From a virus: a DNA stretch of 40,999 bases. The position numbers and the translations under genes were made by a program. Location: positions 1 to 40,999 of IMG/VR virus record IMGVR_UViG_3300018910_000004; one strand, written 5' to 3'. The notes below the pieces were generated by a model. That model saw nothing but the letters and a program-made list of their open reading frames with translations. It had not been told where the DNA came from and ran no database searches. Below, in pieces: positions 9,642 through 17,656 of this stretch (positions are counted from its first letter, which is position 1; every line of letters begins with the position of its first letter).

Positions 9642-9646
9642 AAGTA

Positions 9647-9688
9647 ATGAAGCTAAAAAGAAATACACGACAGACAAAAGGAAACTAA
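9647..9688 (+). CDS. 13-codon mini-ORF (MKLKRNTRQTKGN) starting 5 nt after the -10, possibly leaderless
   Basis: ATG at 9647 and TAA at 9686..9688. No SD. May be only the 5' leader of the early transcript. Confidence 0.2.
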   Translation: MKLKRNTRQTKGN

Positions 9689-9776
9689 ATAACCTTCGTC
9701 CAGTCTAACATCTTAATTAACTTCAACAACATTTATAAGTTGGTGAGATATAACACAAAAGGGGGGTGAATAAACT

Positions 9777-9944
9777 ATGGAATTTTGGAAAGAGTTTGAC
9801 AAAGTAACAAGAAAGCTAAGTCGTGAGTATGAAGATTTAGAGACCTTAGAAAATCAATCATCATATTTTGCAGAACTACGAACAATAGAGAGAATTGAGA
9901 GAGAGTTAGAGAGTGAAGCGGTAGAAGTACAATACGTCTACTAA
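9777..9944 (+). CDS. Hypothetical 55-aa acidic helical protein
   Basis: Below the track length cut-off. AAAAGGGGGGTGA lies 6 nt upstream of ATG 9777. Hand translation MEFWKEFDKVTRKLSREYEDLETLENQ... ends at TAA 9942..9944. Confidence 0.65.
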   Translation: MEFWKEFDKVTRKLSREYEDLETLENQSSYFAELRTIERIERELESEAVEVQYVY

Positions 9945-9989
9945 AAACATTATAAACATTTTAGATATAACATCTAAGCAATTATCAAT

Positions 9990-10283
9990 ATGAATAATTC
10001 AAAAGTTAAAGTTTACAATTTAGAAAGTCCTAGAACAGGTAAACCAGTAGCTAATCAATTTATTATAGCGGAGAAAATAAATAGCGGAGAGCTTGAAACA
10101 TTTCAAAGTTATAAAAGTATCATTGCTAAAAAGTTTCCAAGTGGTGAGGTAATACTTGATAGCTATTACTGGAATTACTCACGAACTACCAGTAAATACC
10201 GTAATCAATTCTTGAGAGAGTCAACAAAAGAGACGGAACAAAAGATCAAAGACGGTATTTATAAGTTAGTAAATCTTAACTAA
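9990..10283 (+). CDS. Hypothetical protein (97 aa)
   Basis: Track ORF with coding-like composition. No motif recognised. Confidence 0.6.
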   Translation: MNNSKVKVYNLESPRTGKPVANQFIIAEKINSGELETFQSYKSIIAKKFPSGEVILDSYYWNYSRTTSKYRNQFLRESTKETEQKIKDGIYKLVNLN

Positions 10284-10286
10284 CTT

Positions 10287-10460
10287 ATGAGTAATCAAGA
10301 AAGGATAGAACTAACCAACAAAGCCTTAGAGTTAAGACAGGCAGGCGTAAGTCATCAAGAAATAGAACGAGAGTTGCAATATGAGTTTATATTCTTTGAA
10401 GACATGTTAACCAAACAAGTGGTAAGGGCTACGTTGTGGGAGGGGGTGAATGGAAGATGA
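10287..10460 (+). CDS. Small putative HTH protein (57 aa)
   Basis: Hand-translated: MSNQERIELTNKALELRQAGVSHQEIERELQYEF... ALELRQAGVSHQEIEREL looks like helix-turn-helix. The TGA overlaps the next ATG as ATGA. Confidence 0.45.
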   Translation: MSNQERIELTNKALELRQAGVSHQEIERELQYEFIFFEDMLTKQVVRATLWEGVNGR

Positions 10461-10642
10461 GACAACTAACGGTAAGCCAAAAGAAACTATTAAATACAGT
10501 TCCTATGGACTGTCAGACAGTGGATGATCTACCAGATGGAATATGGGAAAGATTGGAAGAAATAAACGACACGGAAATATTATGGCAAGAGGTCAACCGT
10601 TACTTAACCGATAGGTATTACAAGAATGAATTTTCATCTTAA
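10457..10642 (+). CDS. Hypothetical protein (61 aa)
   Basis: The track ORF 10436..10642 starts at a GTG inside the RBS. ATG 10457 follows AGGGGGTGA at good spacing. Confidence 0.6.
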   Translation: MRQLTVSQKKLLNTVPMDCQTVDDLPDGIWERLEEINDTEILWQEVNRYLTDRYYKNEFSS

Positions 10643-10653
10643 TTATTAATTAT

Positions 10654-10697
10654 TATCTTTCTTCTAGGGATTATGAAAGCTCTCTAGAAGAAGGATA
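10654..10697 (+). other. 14-bp stem-loop in an intergenic gap
   Basis: 10654..10667 pairs with 10684..10697 (13 Watson-Crick pairs plus 1 GU) around a 16-nt loop. No U-tract. Confidence 0.5.
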
Positions 10698-10713
10698 TAA
10701 AACAAACAACATT

Positions 10714-10875
10714 ATGTATGACGTAATAAAAAAGCTAGATTCAAAAATTGACAGATGTTATGACGAACTAGAACAAGCAAAGAGTCAAGACAGCTTAGAA
10801 GATACTTGTTTTTATGAAGGTATGATTGCCGGATTATCAACGGCACTACTAGAAGTTAGAATGATACCAGAATAA
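10714..10875 (+). CDS. Hypothetical 53-aa protein
   Basis: Hand-translated: MYDVIKKLDSKIDRCYDELEQAKSQDSLEDTCFYEG... Fills the gap before 10878. Confidence 0.45.
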   Translation: MYDVIKKLDSKIDRCYDELEQAKSQDSLEDTCFYEGMIAGLSTALLEVRMIPE

Positions 10876-10877
10876 CT

Positions 10878-11069
10878 ATGACTATAAAAAACTTTGAAGT
10901 TGAAATATATTTTTCAACTCACGCAGACGAACAACCGGCAGTATTTTATATTGACGCTGTAGATTTTAACGAAGCTATAGACACGGCTAAAAGTTATATA
11001 GAATATCCAGAAGCTATAGACTACGTGGATTGTAAGGTTATAAGTAATAATTTTTATAAGTTCAATTAA
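10878..11069 (+). CDS. Hypothetical protein (63 aa)
   Basis: Track ORF, tightly packed with neighbours. Confidence 0.55.
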   Translation: MTIKNFEVEIYFSTHADEQPAVFYIDAVDFNEAIDTAKSYIEYPEAIDYVDCKVISNNFYKFN

Positions 11070-11075
11070 ATAATT

Positions 11076-11264
11076 ATGCTTTGTCCAAGATGTTTGACAA
11101 ATAAAACCATCGCCATGGATTGTGAAGAAGATAACGACATACGAATAGTAGAACACTGGCGTTGCAGACAGTGTCCAAAAGAAAACGAATTTAGAGTTAT
11201 TATGGAAATACAGAAAAAAGAAATAAAAATAATACCCATAGTGGGAGATTACACAACGTTATAA
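11076..11264 (+). CDS. Small zinc-ribbon protein (62 aa)
   Basis: CPRC ... CRQCP cysteine pairs. Confidence 0.55.
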   Translation: MLCPRCLTNKTIAMDCEEDNDIRIVEHWRCRQCPKENEFRVIMEIQKKEIKIIPIVGDYTTL

Positions 11265-11338
11265 ATTAAACAAATAATAATGAATATATTTACAGCATTA
11301 TATCTCTTGATCGTACACATGATAAAAGGGGGTGAAGT

Positions 11339-11584
11339 ATGAAAATAAAAGTATATGATAATGGTGGTAAGACGTGGGATAGATACACCGTATCAATTGA
11401 TGAGGACGTATACAGCATGAGTGCCAACGCCACAAGTCCAGACGGATTTAATCAATATTGGGGTGAGCTAAAAGACTTTGACAAACCAATGTCACGATTT
11501 GGAAAACGCTTATATATTGATGAAGGACAAGTGCCGGAAGAGGTATGTAAGGCAATCGCACAACGCGCACAGCTCACAGATTAA
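11339..11584 (+). CDS. Hypothetical protein (81 aa)
   Basis: AAAAGGGGGTGA RBS 4 nt upstream of the ATG. Confidence 0.65.
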   Translation: MKIKVYDNGGKTWDRYTVSIDEDVYSMSANATSPDGFNQYWGELKDFDKPMSRFGKRLYIDEGQVPEEVCKAIAQRAQLTD

Positions 11585-11606
11585 TATATCCGTATAACTT
11601 CTTACA

Positions 11607-11633
11607 CTAGCTTTGAGCTTCTCTCAAGGCTAG
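11607..11633 (+). other. 11-bp stem-loop after 11339..11584
   Basis: CTAGCTTTGAG pairs with CTCAAGGCTAG (one GU) around a 5-nt loop. No U-tract. Confidence 0.5.
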
Positions 11634-11666
11634 CAATAAGGAATTATAAATTTAAAAAATAACCTT

Positions 11667-12086
11667 ATGAAAAAAATAGTAATGGATACAAATAAGGAAC
11701 ATTTTTCAGAAATGTTTGATGTTTCGCACGACAGTTATAAATCATTTGTTAAGGGAGCAATGAACTATATTATGCAGGAAGCAAAAAAAGAATTGGATAA
11801 GGGAGGCGAAAAAGCACGGAAAGAAGGTATAGACATAATTCCGTTCATAGAAACCTACATAAATGAGCACGCCTTAGAAAATGGTATCGACATAACGAAA
11901 CCTAATCACTGCTTAGTATTAGGATATATAATTTTCAATCTCAAAGATAATGTTGAACAGATGGAAAAGAAAGCTATGCTCATGAGATCGCTAAGCGGAA
12001 TTATGGAAATCAAAGAAATTATGGATACTCTACAAAAAGAAGATGTTAAAAGTTCAGATGACGAAAAAGAAAGGATTTTAAACTAA
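11667..12086 (+). CDS. Hypothetical protein (139 aa)
   Basis: Track ORF. No motif recognised. Confidence 0.6.
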   Translation: MKKIVMDTNKEHFSEMFDVSHDSYKSFVKGAMNYIMQEAKKELDKGGEKARKEGIDIIPFIETYINEHALENGIDITKPNHCLVLGYIIFNLKDNVEQMEKKAMLMRSLSGIMEIKEIMDTLQKEDVKSSDDEKERILN

Positions 12087-12087
12087 T

Positions 12088-13458
12088 ATGGAACCAACAC
12101 CAATAACGCTAACAAACAAAAAAGGGGGTGAAACGGTGGAATATGGAGCGCTCGAATTTGAAGTGCTACACCAGAAAAATAAGTCAGTGCCAGATCATGC
12201 CGATCCTGTAGAAATGGTAGAGGATGACCGGAACGCCCTCGGTCTATCTATTATCAATGATTTGCCAACTCTTTTAATAGGAGAGACTGGAACGGGTAAA
12301 ACTTCCGCTATAAGAGAACTTGCTTTTCTTAGAAAACAGGGATACACACGTATTAACATGCACGGATATGCAACACCGGATGATTTGATTGGTAGCAAAT
12401 CGGTAAAGAATGGGTCTACATATTATGAACAAGGGATTTTGACAAAGGCTATGACCGAAGGTCACATAACAGTACTTGACGAACTAAACGCTACTCCGCC
12501 AGACTGTTTATTCATAATCCATGGATTGTTGGATGAGGATAAACGCATCAGTTTACCAAATGGAGATATTGTAAAACCTCATAAAGACTTTAGATTTTTT
12601 GCCACTATGAATCCTGATTATGAGGGAACACGAGGATTAAACCGAGCATTTATTGATAGATTTTCTGTCATACTAAACGTTGAAGTGCTAAAACCTCAAA
12701 ACGAAACGAATGTACTGATGCAACGCACCGGATTAAAACAGGAGATGGTAGAAAAAATGGTTATGTTGGCACATATGGGACGAAAAGCATACGCCGAACA
12801 AAAGACATTGACCTTTATATCTACTAGATCACTACTTCAATGGGCTGGACTTGTTAAACATGGATTGGACATCAAAAAAGCATTTCAAACAAGTATCGTA
12901 AATAAGGCACGAGCAGAAGAACAATCCGCATTTCAAGATTTCTTTAGTGCTGTGTTCAAAAAAAGTTCTGATAATAATAATCTTGATATGCCTGTATTCA
13001 CAACACGAGGAGAGATAAAAAAGAAGGATGATCAACTATTAAAATATGAAAAGGCTATCAAAGAATATGAACGCATACACAAAAATGAAGTAAAAGAATT
13101 AGAAGAATTACGAATAGAATCTGTGACGGCACGTACTAAACTTCAGAATTTACTTGATAATTTAACGGGTACTGCTGGTAAACAAGCTATACAAGAAGCT
13201 CAAGCAGTATTACAACCAAGCGGAACAGGAGGAAGTGTAAAAGTAGAATGGGAAAGATATGAACCGATAGGAACGCCACAAGAATATACAAACGCTGATC
13301 CTATAGACCTTACTAAACTTGCAGGCACATCACATGCACTTGATGAAAAAATGTTACTTAAAGCATTGAATGTTTTGGACACTCAAGAACCCGTTAAAAG
13401 AACACGCAAAAAGAAAGCAGTAGAACCAATTAAAAATATTGACGAGAATCCATTTTAA
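12088..13458 (+). CDS. AAA+ ATPase, MoxR/CobS-like (AAA_5 type), with a C-terminal coiled coil
   Basis: Walker A LLIGETGTGKTSAI and Walker B HITVLDELNA. The start is uncertain: an in-frame GTG at 12136 sits 4 nt after an AAAGGGGGTGA motif. Confidence 0.85.
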   Translation: MEPTPITLTNKKGGETVEYGALEFEVLHQKNKSVPDHADPVEMVEDDRNALGLSIINDLPTLLIGETGTGKTSAIRELAFLRKQGYTRINMHGYATPDDLIGSKSVKNGSTYYEQGILTKAMTEGHITVLDELNATPPDCLFIIHGLLDEDKRISLPNGDIVKPHKDFRFFATMNPDYEGTRGLNRAFIDRFSVILNVEVLKPQNETNVLMQRTGLKQEMVEKMVMLAHMGRKAYAEQKTLTFISTRSLLQWAGLVKHGLDIKKAFQTSIVNKARAEEQSAFQDFFSAVFKKSSDNNNLDMPVFTTRGEIKKKDDQLLKYEKAIKEYERIHKNEVKELEELRIESVTARTKLQNLLDNLTGTAGKQAIQEAQAVLQPSGTGGSVKVEWERYEPIGTPQEYTNADPIDLTKLAGTSHALDEKMLLKALNVLDTQEPVKRTRKKKAVEPIKNIDENPF

Positions 13459-13461
13459 TCT

Positions 13462-15012
13462 ATGTACGCAACACAAGAATATATAGACATATTAACAATA
13501 GGATTATCGGCTCAAACAGGAATTGAGATACGGGCAGGGGGGGAATGGGCAGCAGACGTAAAACAAAAAATACTTTACTATAAAGCTGACTCCCTTCGCA
13601 ACTTGCCCTTTGGGCTTGTTCGTGGATTACTACTTCATGAGATAGCACATATAAAATGGACTGAAGAAGTTGATCCGTTTTCAGCGGTTGCCAAACCGTA
13701 TGAACATGCTATCCATAATGTTTATAACGCATTTGAAGATTTACGCATTGAACGAGAATTAAAAAGCACGTATGGAGATTATGCGACAAATGCCATAGAT
13801 GTTGCAAATTATTATGCATTGATCGATAAGATAGAAAAGAGTAAACAAGACCTAACATCGCTGAGCCGTATTGATCAATTTTTGAACCTTGTATTAATAG
13901 AAGACTTGATGGGAAAAAATGCAATAGTAAGACATAATATATATATAAGACTAGATGAGTTTAAAACCGATAAAAGAGTACAAGAAATTTTTGAAGAAAA
14001 TGAAGACATAATAGACCAAATATGTAATAATGTTCGTTGGTCTACAAGTACCCGAAAAATGGCAGAAATAATAGATGGAAATTTAATTCCAATCATTCGC
14101 GAGTTACTAGAGGAAGACGAAAAAGAACAGCAAAAAAAACAACAGGAAGATCAAGGAAAAGAAGGCGAAGAGGAAGGACAGGGACAAGGACAGAATCAAG
14201 GAAAAGGACAACCACAATCAAGAAAAGGAGGACTCATGGCTCAGTTATTAGAAGAATTAAAAGAGCAAACAGGATTACAGTATTGTCTTGATGGACATTT
14301 TAAAAATGCACCGCCAGTTGAAAGACCTACTGAAGCTGAAGCCCTAGCAATTTTAAGACCATATTCTTCTACTCTTGCCCAACGTCTTCGAGATATACTC
14401 ATTGAACGTGCAACAATTAGATATACTGGCAATACCAAATCGGGTAGACTTCTCAATCGTAATGCATACAAAGTAACAATACCAAATGAGACTCGTATAT
14501 TTAGTAGACGAACTAATCCTGATACACCAGACTATTCTGTTTATATAGCGCTTGATAGTAGCGGAAGTATGGCTAGTGAAGGTCGAGCTGTGTATGCATT
14601 CATGGGTGCCGTGCTGTTAAAAGATGTATGCCACCGACTCAATTTTCCTATTAAGATATTCGCTTATGACACAAAGGCGTGGGAATTAAAGAGGACAGAT
14701 GACTATCATGGAAATGGCGGTGGAACTAATGACGCAACAGCGCTCGATGCTATTAACAATGAAATGATAGCCGGAGATAATAACATTGTCTTTGTAGTAA
14801 CTGATGGTGAAACAGGACGAACCCAACAGTTTGATACTGTTAAAAAAGAACTTATAAAAAAGGGCGCTACTATATATGGTGTAGGTATTGGAAAAGAATC
14901 AAGTATCCAACACGCCATAAAACATAACTACGACCCCGCTATCTATGTGCCGGAAGTTAAAGACCTACCGCTTGAGCTCATTCGTACCATGAGGTTATTA
15001 ATTAAAAGATAA
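13462..15012 (+). CDS. HExxH metallopeptidase-like N-domain fused to a C-terminal von Willebrand A domain (CobT/DUF2201-like)
   Basis: LLLHEIAHIKW (HExxH). MIDAS motif YIALDSSGSM with downstream VFVVTDGETG. Central E/K/Q/G low-complexity linker. Confidence 0.8.
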   Translation: MYATQEYIDILTIGLSAQTGIEIRAGGEWAADVKQKILYYKADSLRNLPFGLVRGLLLHEIAHIKWTEEVDPFSAVAKPYEHAIHNVYNAFEDLRIERELKSTYGDYATNAIDVANYYALIDKIEKSKQDLTSLSRIDQFLNLVLIEDLMGKNAIVRHNIYIRLDEFKTDKRVQEIFEENEDIIDQICNNVRWSTSTRKMAEIIDGNLIPIIRELLEEDEKEQQKKQQEDQGKEGEEEGQGQGQNQGKGQPQSRKGGLMAQLLEELKEQTGLQYCLDGHFKNAPPVERPTEAEALAILRPYSSTLAQRLRDILIERATIRYTGNTKSGRLLNRNAYKVTIPNETRIFSRRTNPDTPDYSVYIALDSSGSMASEGRAVYAFMGAVLLKDVCHRLNFPIKIFAYDTKAWELKRTDDYHGNGGGTNDATALDAINNEMIAGDNNIVFVVTDGETGRTQQFDTVKKELIKKGATIYGVGIGKESSIQHAIKHNYDPAIYVPEVKDLPLELIRTMRLLIKR

Positions 15013-15015
15013 TAC

Positions 15016-15044
15016 TTGACAAATAAGGTATTATATGGTATTAT
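15016..15044 (+). promoter_or_regulatory. Sigma-70 promoter with extended -10
   Basis: TTGACA, 17 nt ending in TGG, TATTAT, then ATG 15054 nine nt downstream. Confidence 0.65.
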
Positions 15045-15053
15045 AGAATCATA

Positions 15054-15239
15054 ATGAAAGCTAAAAGATACAAAATCACAACCAAAATACATTTTTTCGT
15101 AACAGCTAAGAATCCTGAAGATGCAGCCATGGAATTTATTAATATATTCAACACTGTGGTATATGCCACAGGGGGTGAGAGAAGTTTTGCGCTAGTTAAG
15201 GGAAAAGAAGGATTAAAAGTTGAAGAACTACCATTCTAA
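15054..15239 (+). CDS. Hypothetical protein (61 aa)
   Basis: First ORF after the promoter. No SD, and only a very short leader is expected. Confidence 0.55.
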   Translation: MKAKRYKITTKIHFFVTAKNPEDAAMEFINIFNTVVYATGGERSFALVKGKEGLKVEELPF

Positions 15240-15240
15240 T

Positions 15241-15375
15241 ATGAGAATACCTGAGGAAGATCTATGTCCGGACTGCGGACAAGAATTAATACGAACCTAT
15301 GAAGAACGAGCACCTGGATATGTAGAAGTTGTTTATTATTGTAAATGTGGATCAAACTATTATGAAAGACGTTAA
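15241..15375 (+). CDS. Zinc-ribbon mini-protein (44 aa)
   Basis: Hand-translated: MRIPEEDLCPDCGQELIRTYEERAPGYVEVVYYCKCGSNYYERR. Two Cys pairs. Confidence 0.5.
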   Translation: MRIPEEDLCPDCGQELIRTYEERAPGYVEVVYYCKCGSNYYERR

Positions 15376-15390
15376 AGATTTAATACTAGC

Positions 15391-15687
15391 ATGGGGATTA
15401 GTTCTTATCTTAGGAATTATAAGTTATTACATTATTACGCTCTTATGAAAAAACCAGAGCCATTTATAAATGATTTCAGTAAACCCAAGAAAGTTGTTGA
15501 AGCAGAGATTGAAGAAAGAAAAAAGATTGGTAACACTCGAAAACTTATGTATACAATAATAGGATTGTTAGTAGTCTTAGTACTCTACACAGTATTTTAT
15601 TACATAAGTTTATTTTACGATAATTATAAAGTCACATTTTATGAACCAATAAAATTACACGTTCCATTTACTATATATGAAAGATAA
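15391..15687 (+). CDS. Membrane protein with one TM segment (98 aa; alternative start at 15445)
   Basis: Hydrophobic segment LMYTIIGLLVVLVLYTVFYYISLFY. Confidence 0.55.
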   Translation: MGISSYLRNYKLLHYYALMKKPEPFINDFSKPKKVVEAEIEERKKIGNTRKLMYTIIGLLVVLVLYTVFYYISLFYDNYKVTFYEPIKLHVPFTIYER

Positions 15688-15973
15688 ATTATATCCAGAT
15701 TGCACAGCATGTAATGAATATCAAAAAAATAGAATAGGCATAGTCTGTCCTACTCATAAAAATGTAGAGATACAAAAAATGTGGGAAGCAGTAGTTAATA
15801 AAAAACCTAGCTACTGTATACTATGGTTTCATGATTGGGGAGATTGGAAAGATGATGAGCGATATGATATTTTAGGAATGTTTAGTGCGATTCGAGGACA
15901 TGGAATATTACAAATAAGAGAGTGTAACCAATGTCACAAAAAACAAATAAGAAAAGAGGAGGTATATGCATGA
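15677..15973 (+). CDS. Cys-rich hypothetical protein (98 aa)
   Basis: CTAC...CPTH and CNQCH motifs. Confidence 0.5.
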   Translation: MKDKLYPDCTACNEYQKNRIGIVCPTHKNVEIQKMWEAVVNKKPSYCILWFHDWGDWKDDERYDILGMFSAIRGHGILQIRECNQCHKKQIRKEEVYA

Positions 15974-16185
15974 TGAGCCCTGAAGAATTATCTGTTTTAA
16001 AAATGGTAAAGTTTGCAATACTGATGGAAACGAACAGCGGTGTTTTAGGGAAATCACCTGATTATATTATAGAAAAATTTGAAAGATGTGGAGACATTAA
16101 AACTCCAGAAGAATTATTAGACGGTCTTGATGCTGCTAATGAACATAAAATGAGAGGTTACCATGAACGATGGCTTAAAAAATGA
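15931..16185 (+). CDS. Hypothetical protein (84 aa)
   Basis: Track ORF. Start uncertain, and it overlaps the upstream ORF by 43 nt. Confidence 0.45.
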   Translation: MSQKTNKKRGGICMMSPEELSVLKMVKFAILMETNSGVLGKSPDYIIEKFERCGDIKTPEELLDGLDAANEHKMRGYHERWLKK

Positions 16186-16325
16186 ATAGAGAATGTAAAA
16201 GATGCACTAATTGCTGGGCGTTAAAAGATCTGAATATGTTTCATAAAGACAGAAAGAATAAAGATGGACTGCATTATTATTGTAAAAAGTGTAGAGAAAA
16301 TAATCGTAAAAAGTTAGAAATTTGA
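16182..16325 (+). CDS. Zinc-finger mini-protein (47 aa)
   Basis: ATGA overlap with the upstream stop. MNRECKRCTNCWALKDLNMFHKDRKNKDGLHYYCKKCRENNRKKLEI. Confidence 0.5.
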   Translation: MNRECKRCTNCWALKDLNMFHKDRKNKDGLHYYCKKCRENNRKKLEI

Positions 16326-16334
16326 GAGAGGATA

Positions 16335-16368
16335 AGAGCCTAACTTGTTTAGTAGGCGGTTAGGCTCT
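16335..16368 (+). other. Perfect 10-bp stem-loop
   Basis: AGAGCCTAAC (16335..16344) pairs with GTTAGGCTCT (16359..16368) around a 14-nt loop. No U-tract. Confidence 0.5.
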
Positions 16369-16380
16369 ACATATTAGCTT

Positions 16381-16683
16381 ATGAAAACTATCGAACACAC
16401 CACCGATCTAAATGCAGCGGCTTACTATTACGCAAAAGGTGGAAAGGTAAAAATTACTATTGGTGAAAATAGATGGGTAACTAAATACGCCTTTAGTCGA
16501 CGAGTAAAACAACGCATTTGGAAATTCGCTATCGAGATAGATGACAAGTATGTAAAATCTTACTGGTCAAAAAAGGCTACTATGAACGTAAGAAAATATA
16601 TGGAAAGCCGAAATGAAATAAAAAAGAAATGTTATGAATTTGACACAGGAAAACACGTTAACAGTTGGTTTCATCACTTATAA
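16381..16683 (+). CDS. Hypothetical protein (100 aa), possibly DUF5659-like
   Basis: The N-terminal TTDLNAAAYYYAKGGKV pattern resembles that family, from memory only. Confidence 0.5.
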   Translation: MKTIEHTTDLNAAAYYYAKGGKVKITIGENRWVTKYAFSRRVKQRIWKFAIEIDDKYVKSYWSKKATMNVRKYMESRNEIKKKCYEFDTGKHVNSWFHHL

Positions 16684-16688
16684 TACAC

Positions 16689-16717
16689 TTGACAATTAGT
16701 TACTAATAAGGTATAAT
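16689..16717 (+). promoter_or_regulatory. Consensus sigma-70 promoter
   Basis: TTGACA, 17 nt, TATAAT, then ATG 16728 ten nt downstream. Confidence 0.7.
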
Positions 16718-16727
16718 ATGGGATATT

Positions 16728-16907
16728 ATGGAAAATGAATACATGACAATAGAAGAGGTAGCAAATCTTTTAAAGATCAATCCTCGCCAAGTAAGAAAGA
16801 TGATAGAGACAGGAAGGCTGAGAGCTAAAAACATCAATGCTTCCGGCGGAATCCGGAAGATATATAGAGTATTGAAGGAAGATGTGATACGACCAGACAC
16901 TATTTGA
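16728..16907 (+). CDS. Excisionase/MerR-type HTH DNA-binding protein (59 aa)
   Basis: Hand-translated: MENEYMTIEEVANLLKINPRQVRKMIETGRLRAKNINASGGIRKIYRVLKEDV... The antisense track ORF 16703..16900 is its shadow. Confidence 0.6.
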   Translation: MENEYMTIEEVANLLKINPRQVRKMIETGRLRAKNINASGGIRKIYRVLKEDVIRPDTI

Positions 16908-16941
16908 TTACAAATATTGTGGAAAGGGGGTGAAAAAAATT

Positions 16942-17325
16942 ATGGGAGAATTAGCCAAGTTAGCTAAAGCGAGGTCGCCATTTCTACAGGTTGAACCTGG
17001 AAAATCGACGGTTTGCGTTTATAAGGGCTACAAAATGATTCCCGACACGTTTGATCCAACTAAGGAGAAATTTAGATTTATCCTTATTGAAGATGGTGTA
17101 GAGAAATTCTTTGATACATCATCGAATAGAGTTGCGCTTGTTATGGATGAAGCTGCGGAAGAGATTAAAAACAAAACCGGTAAAGGTTTCGTCAAAGTAA
17201 CAAGAGGAATCAAAACATCCAAAGACGGAAAAACAAAAACTCAATGGGAGGCAGAAAACGTTATGGACGAAAGTGGCACTGTTAGCAAAAAACAAGCTGA
17301 GGATTTCGCACTCGAGATCAAATAA
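16942..17325 (+). CDS. Probably abundant early protein (127 aa), function unknown; a DNA-binding or OB-fold role is speculative
   Basis: The track start 16930 is a GTG inside the RBS AAAGGGGGTGA. ATG 16942 lies 8 nt after it. Followed by an intrinsic terminator. Confidence 0.65.
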   Translation: MGELAKLAKARSPFLQVEPGKSTVCVYKGYKMIPDTFDPTKEKFRFILIEDGVEKFFDTSSNRVALVMDEAAEEIKNKTGKGFVKVTRGIKTSKDGKTKTQWEAENVMDESGTVSKKQAEDFALEIK

Positions 17326-17341
17326 GCGATGTTTTTTAAAG

Positions 17342-17373
17342 CCTGATGATGGTGGAAGCTATCATTAGGTTTT
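17342..17373 (+). terminator. Intrinsic terminator
   Basis: 9-bp stem CCTGATGAT / ATCATTAGG (one GU), 10-nt loop, then TTTT. Confidence 0.6.
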
Positions 17374-17380
17374 AGAAAAT

Positions 17381-17656
17381 ATGAATACATTTTATATCAT
17401 AATTGGTAAAGTAGTTTTACTCACACTAGCATTCTTTTTAACACTTGCCGCCACTCTTTATTTTAACTTCAAATACATTCCAGACAAACACGCTAATGAA
17501 ATGTTTGCCGCTATGCTTATAAGTTATGGAGCAGGCACAGTCTTTTCACTCATAACGGTGCTCCTATTCACTCGAGATGACTATGAATACACAACAGACA
17601 CTGATCAAACAGAAAGTGGAGTACGCCCTGAAGTTCTCGAAGAAGTTACAGTTTGA
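17381..17656 (+). CDS. Membrane protein with 2 predicted TM segments (91 aa)
   Basis: Hydrophobic segments VVLLTLAFFLTLAATLYF and LISYGAGTVFSLITVLLF. Confidence 0.55.
   Translation: MNTFYIIIGKVVLLTLAFFLTLAATLYFNFKYIPDKHANEMFAAMLISYGAGTVFSLITVLLFTRDDYEYTTDTDQTESGVRPEVLEEVTV

Noticed and set aside
12195-14918. Antisense or alternative-frame ORFs within the AAA+ and VWA genes, including the Arg/Lys-rich 14037..14291
   Set aside because: They are shadows of the real genes. 14037..14291 is the +1 reading of the GAA/AAA-rich low-complexity linker.
17343-17349. CUGAUGA box suggesting a hammerhead ribozyme
   Set aside because: It is part of the stem of an ordinary intrinsic terminator. No GAAA core or three-way junction can be formed.
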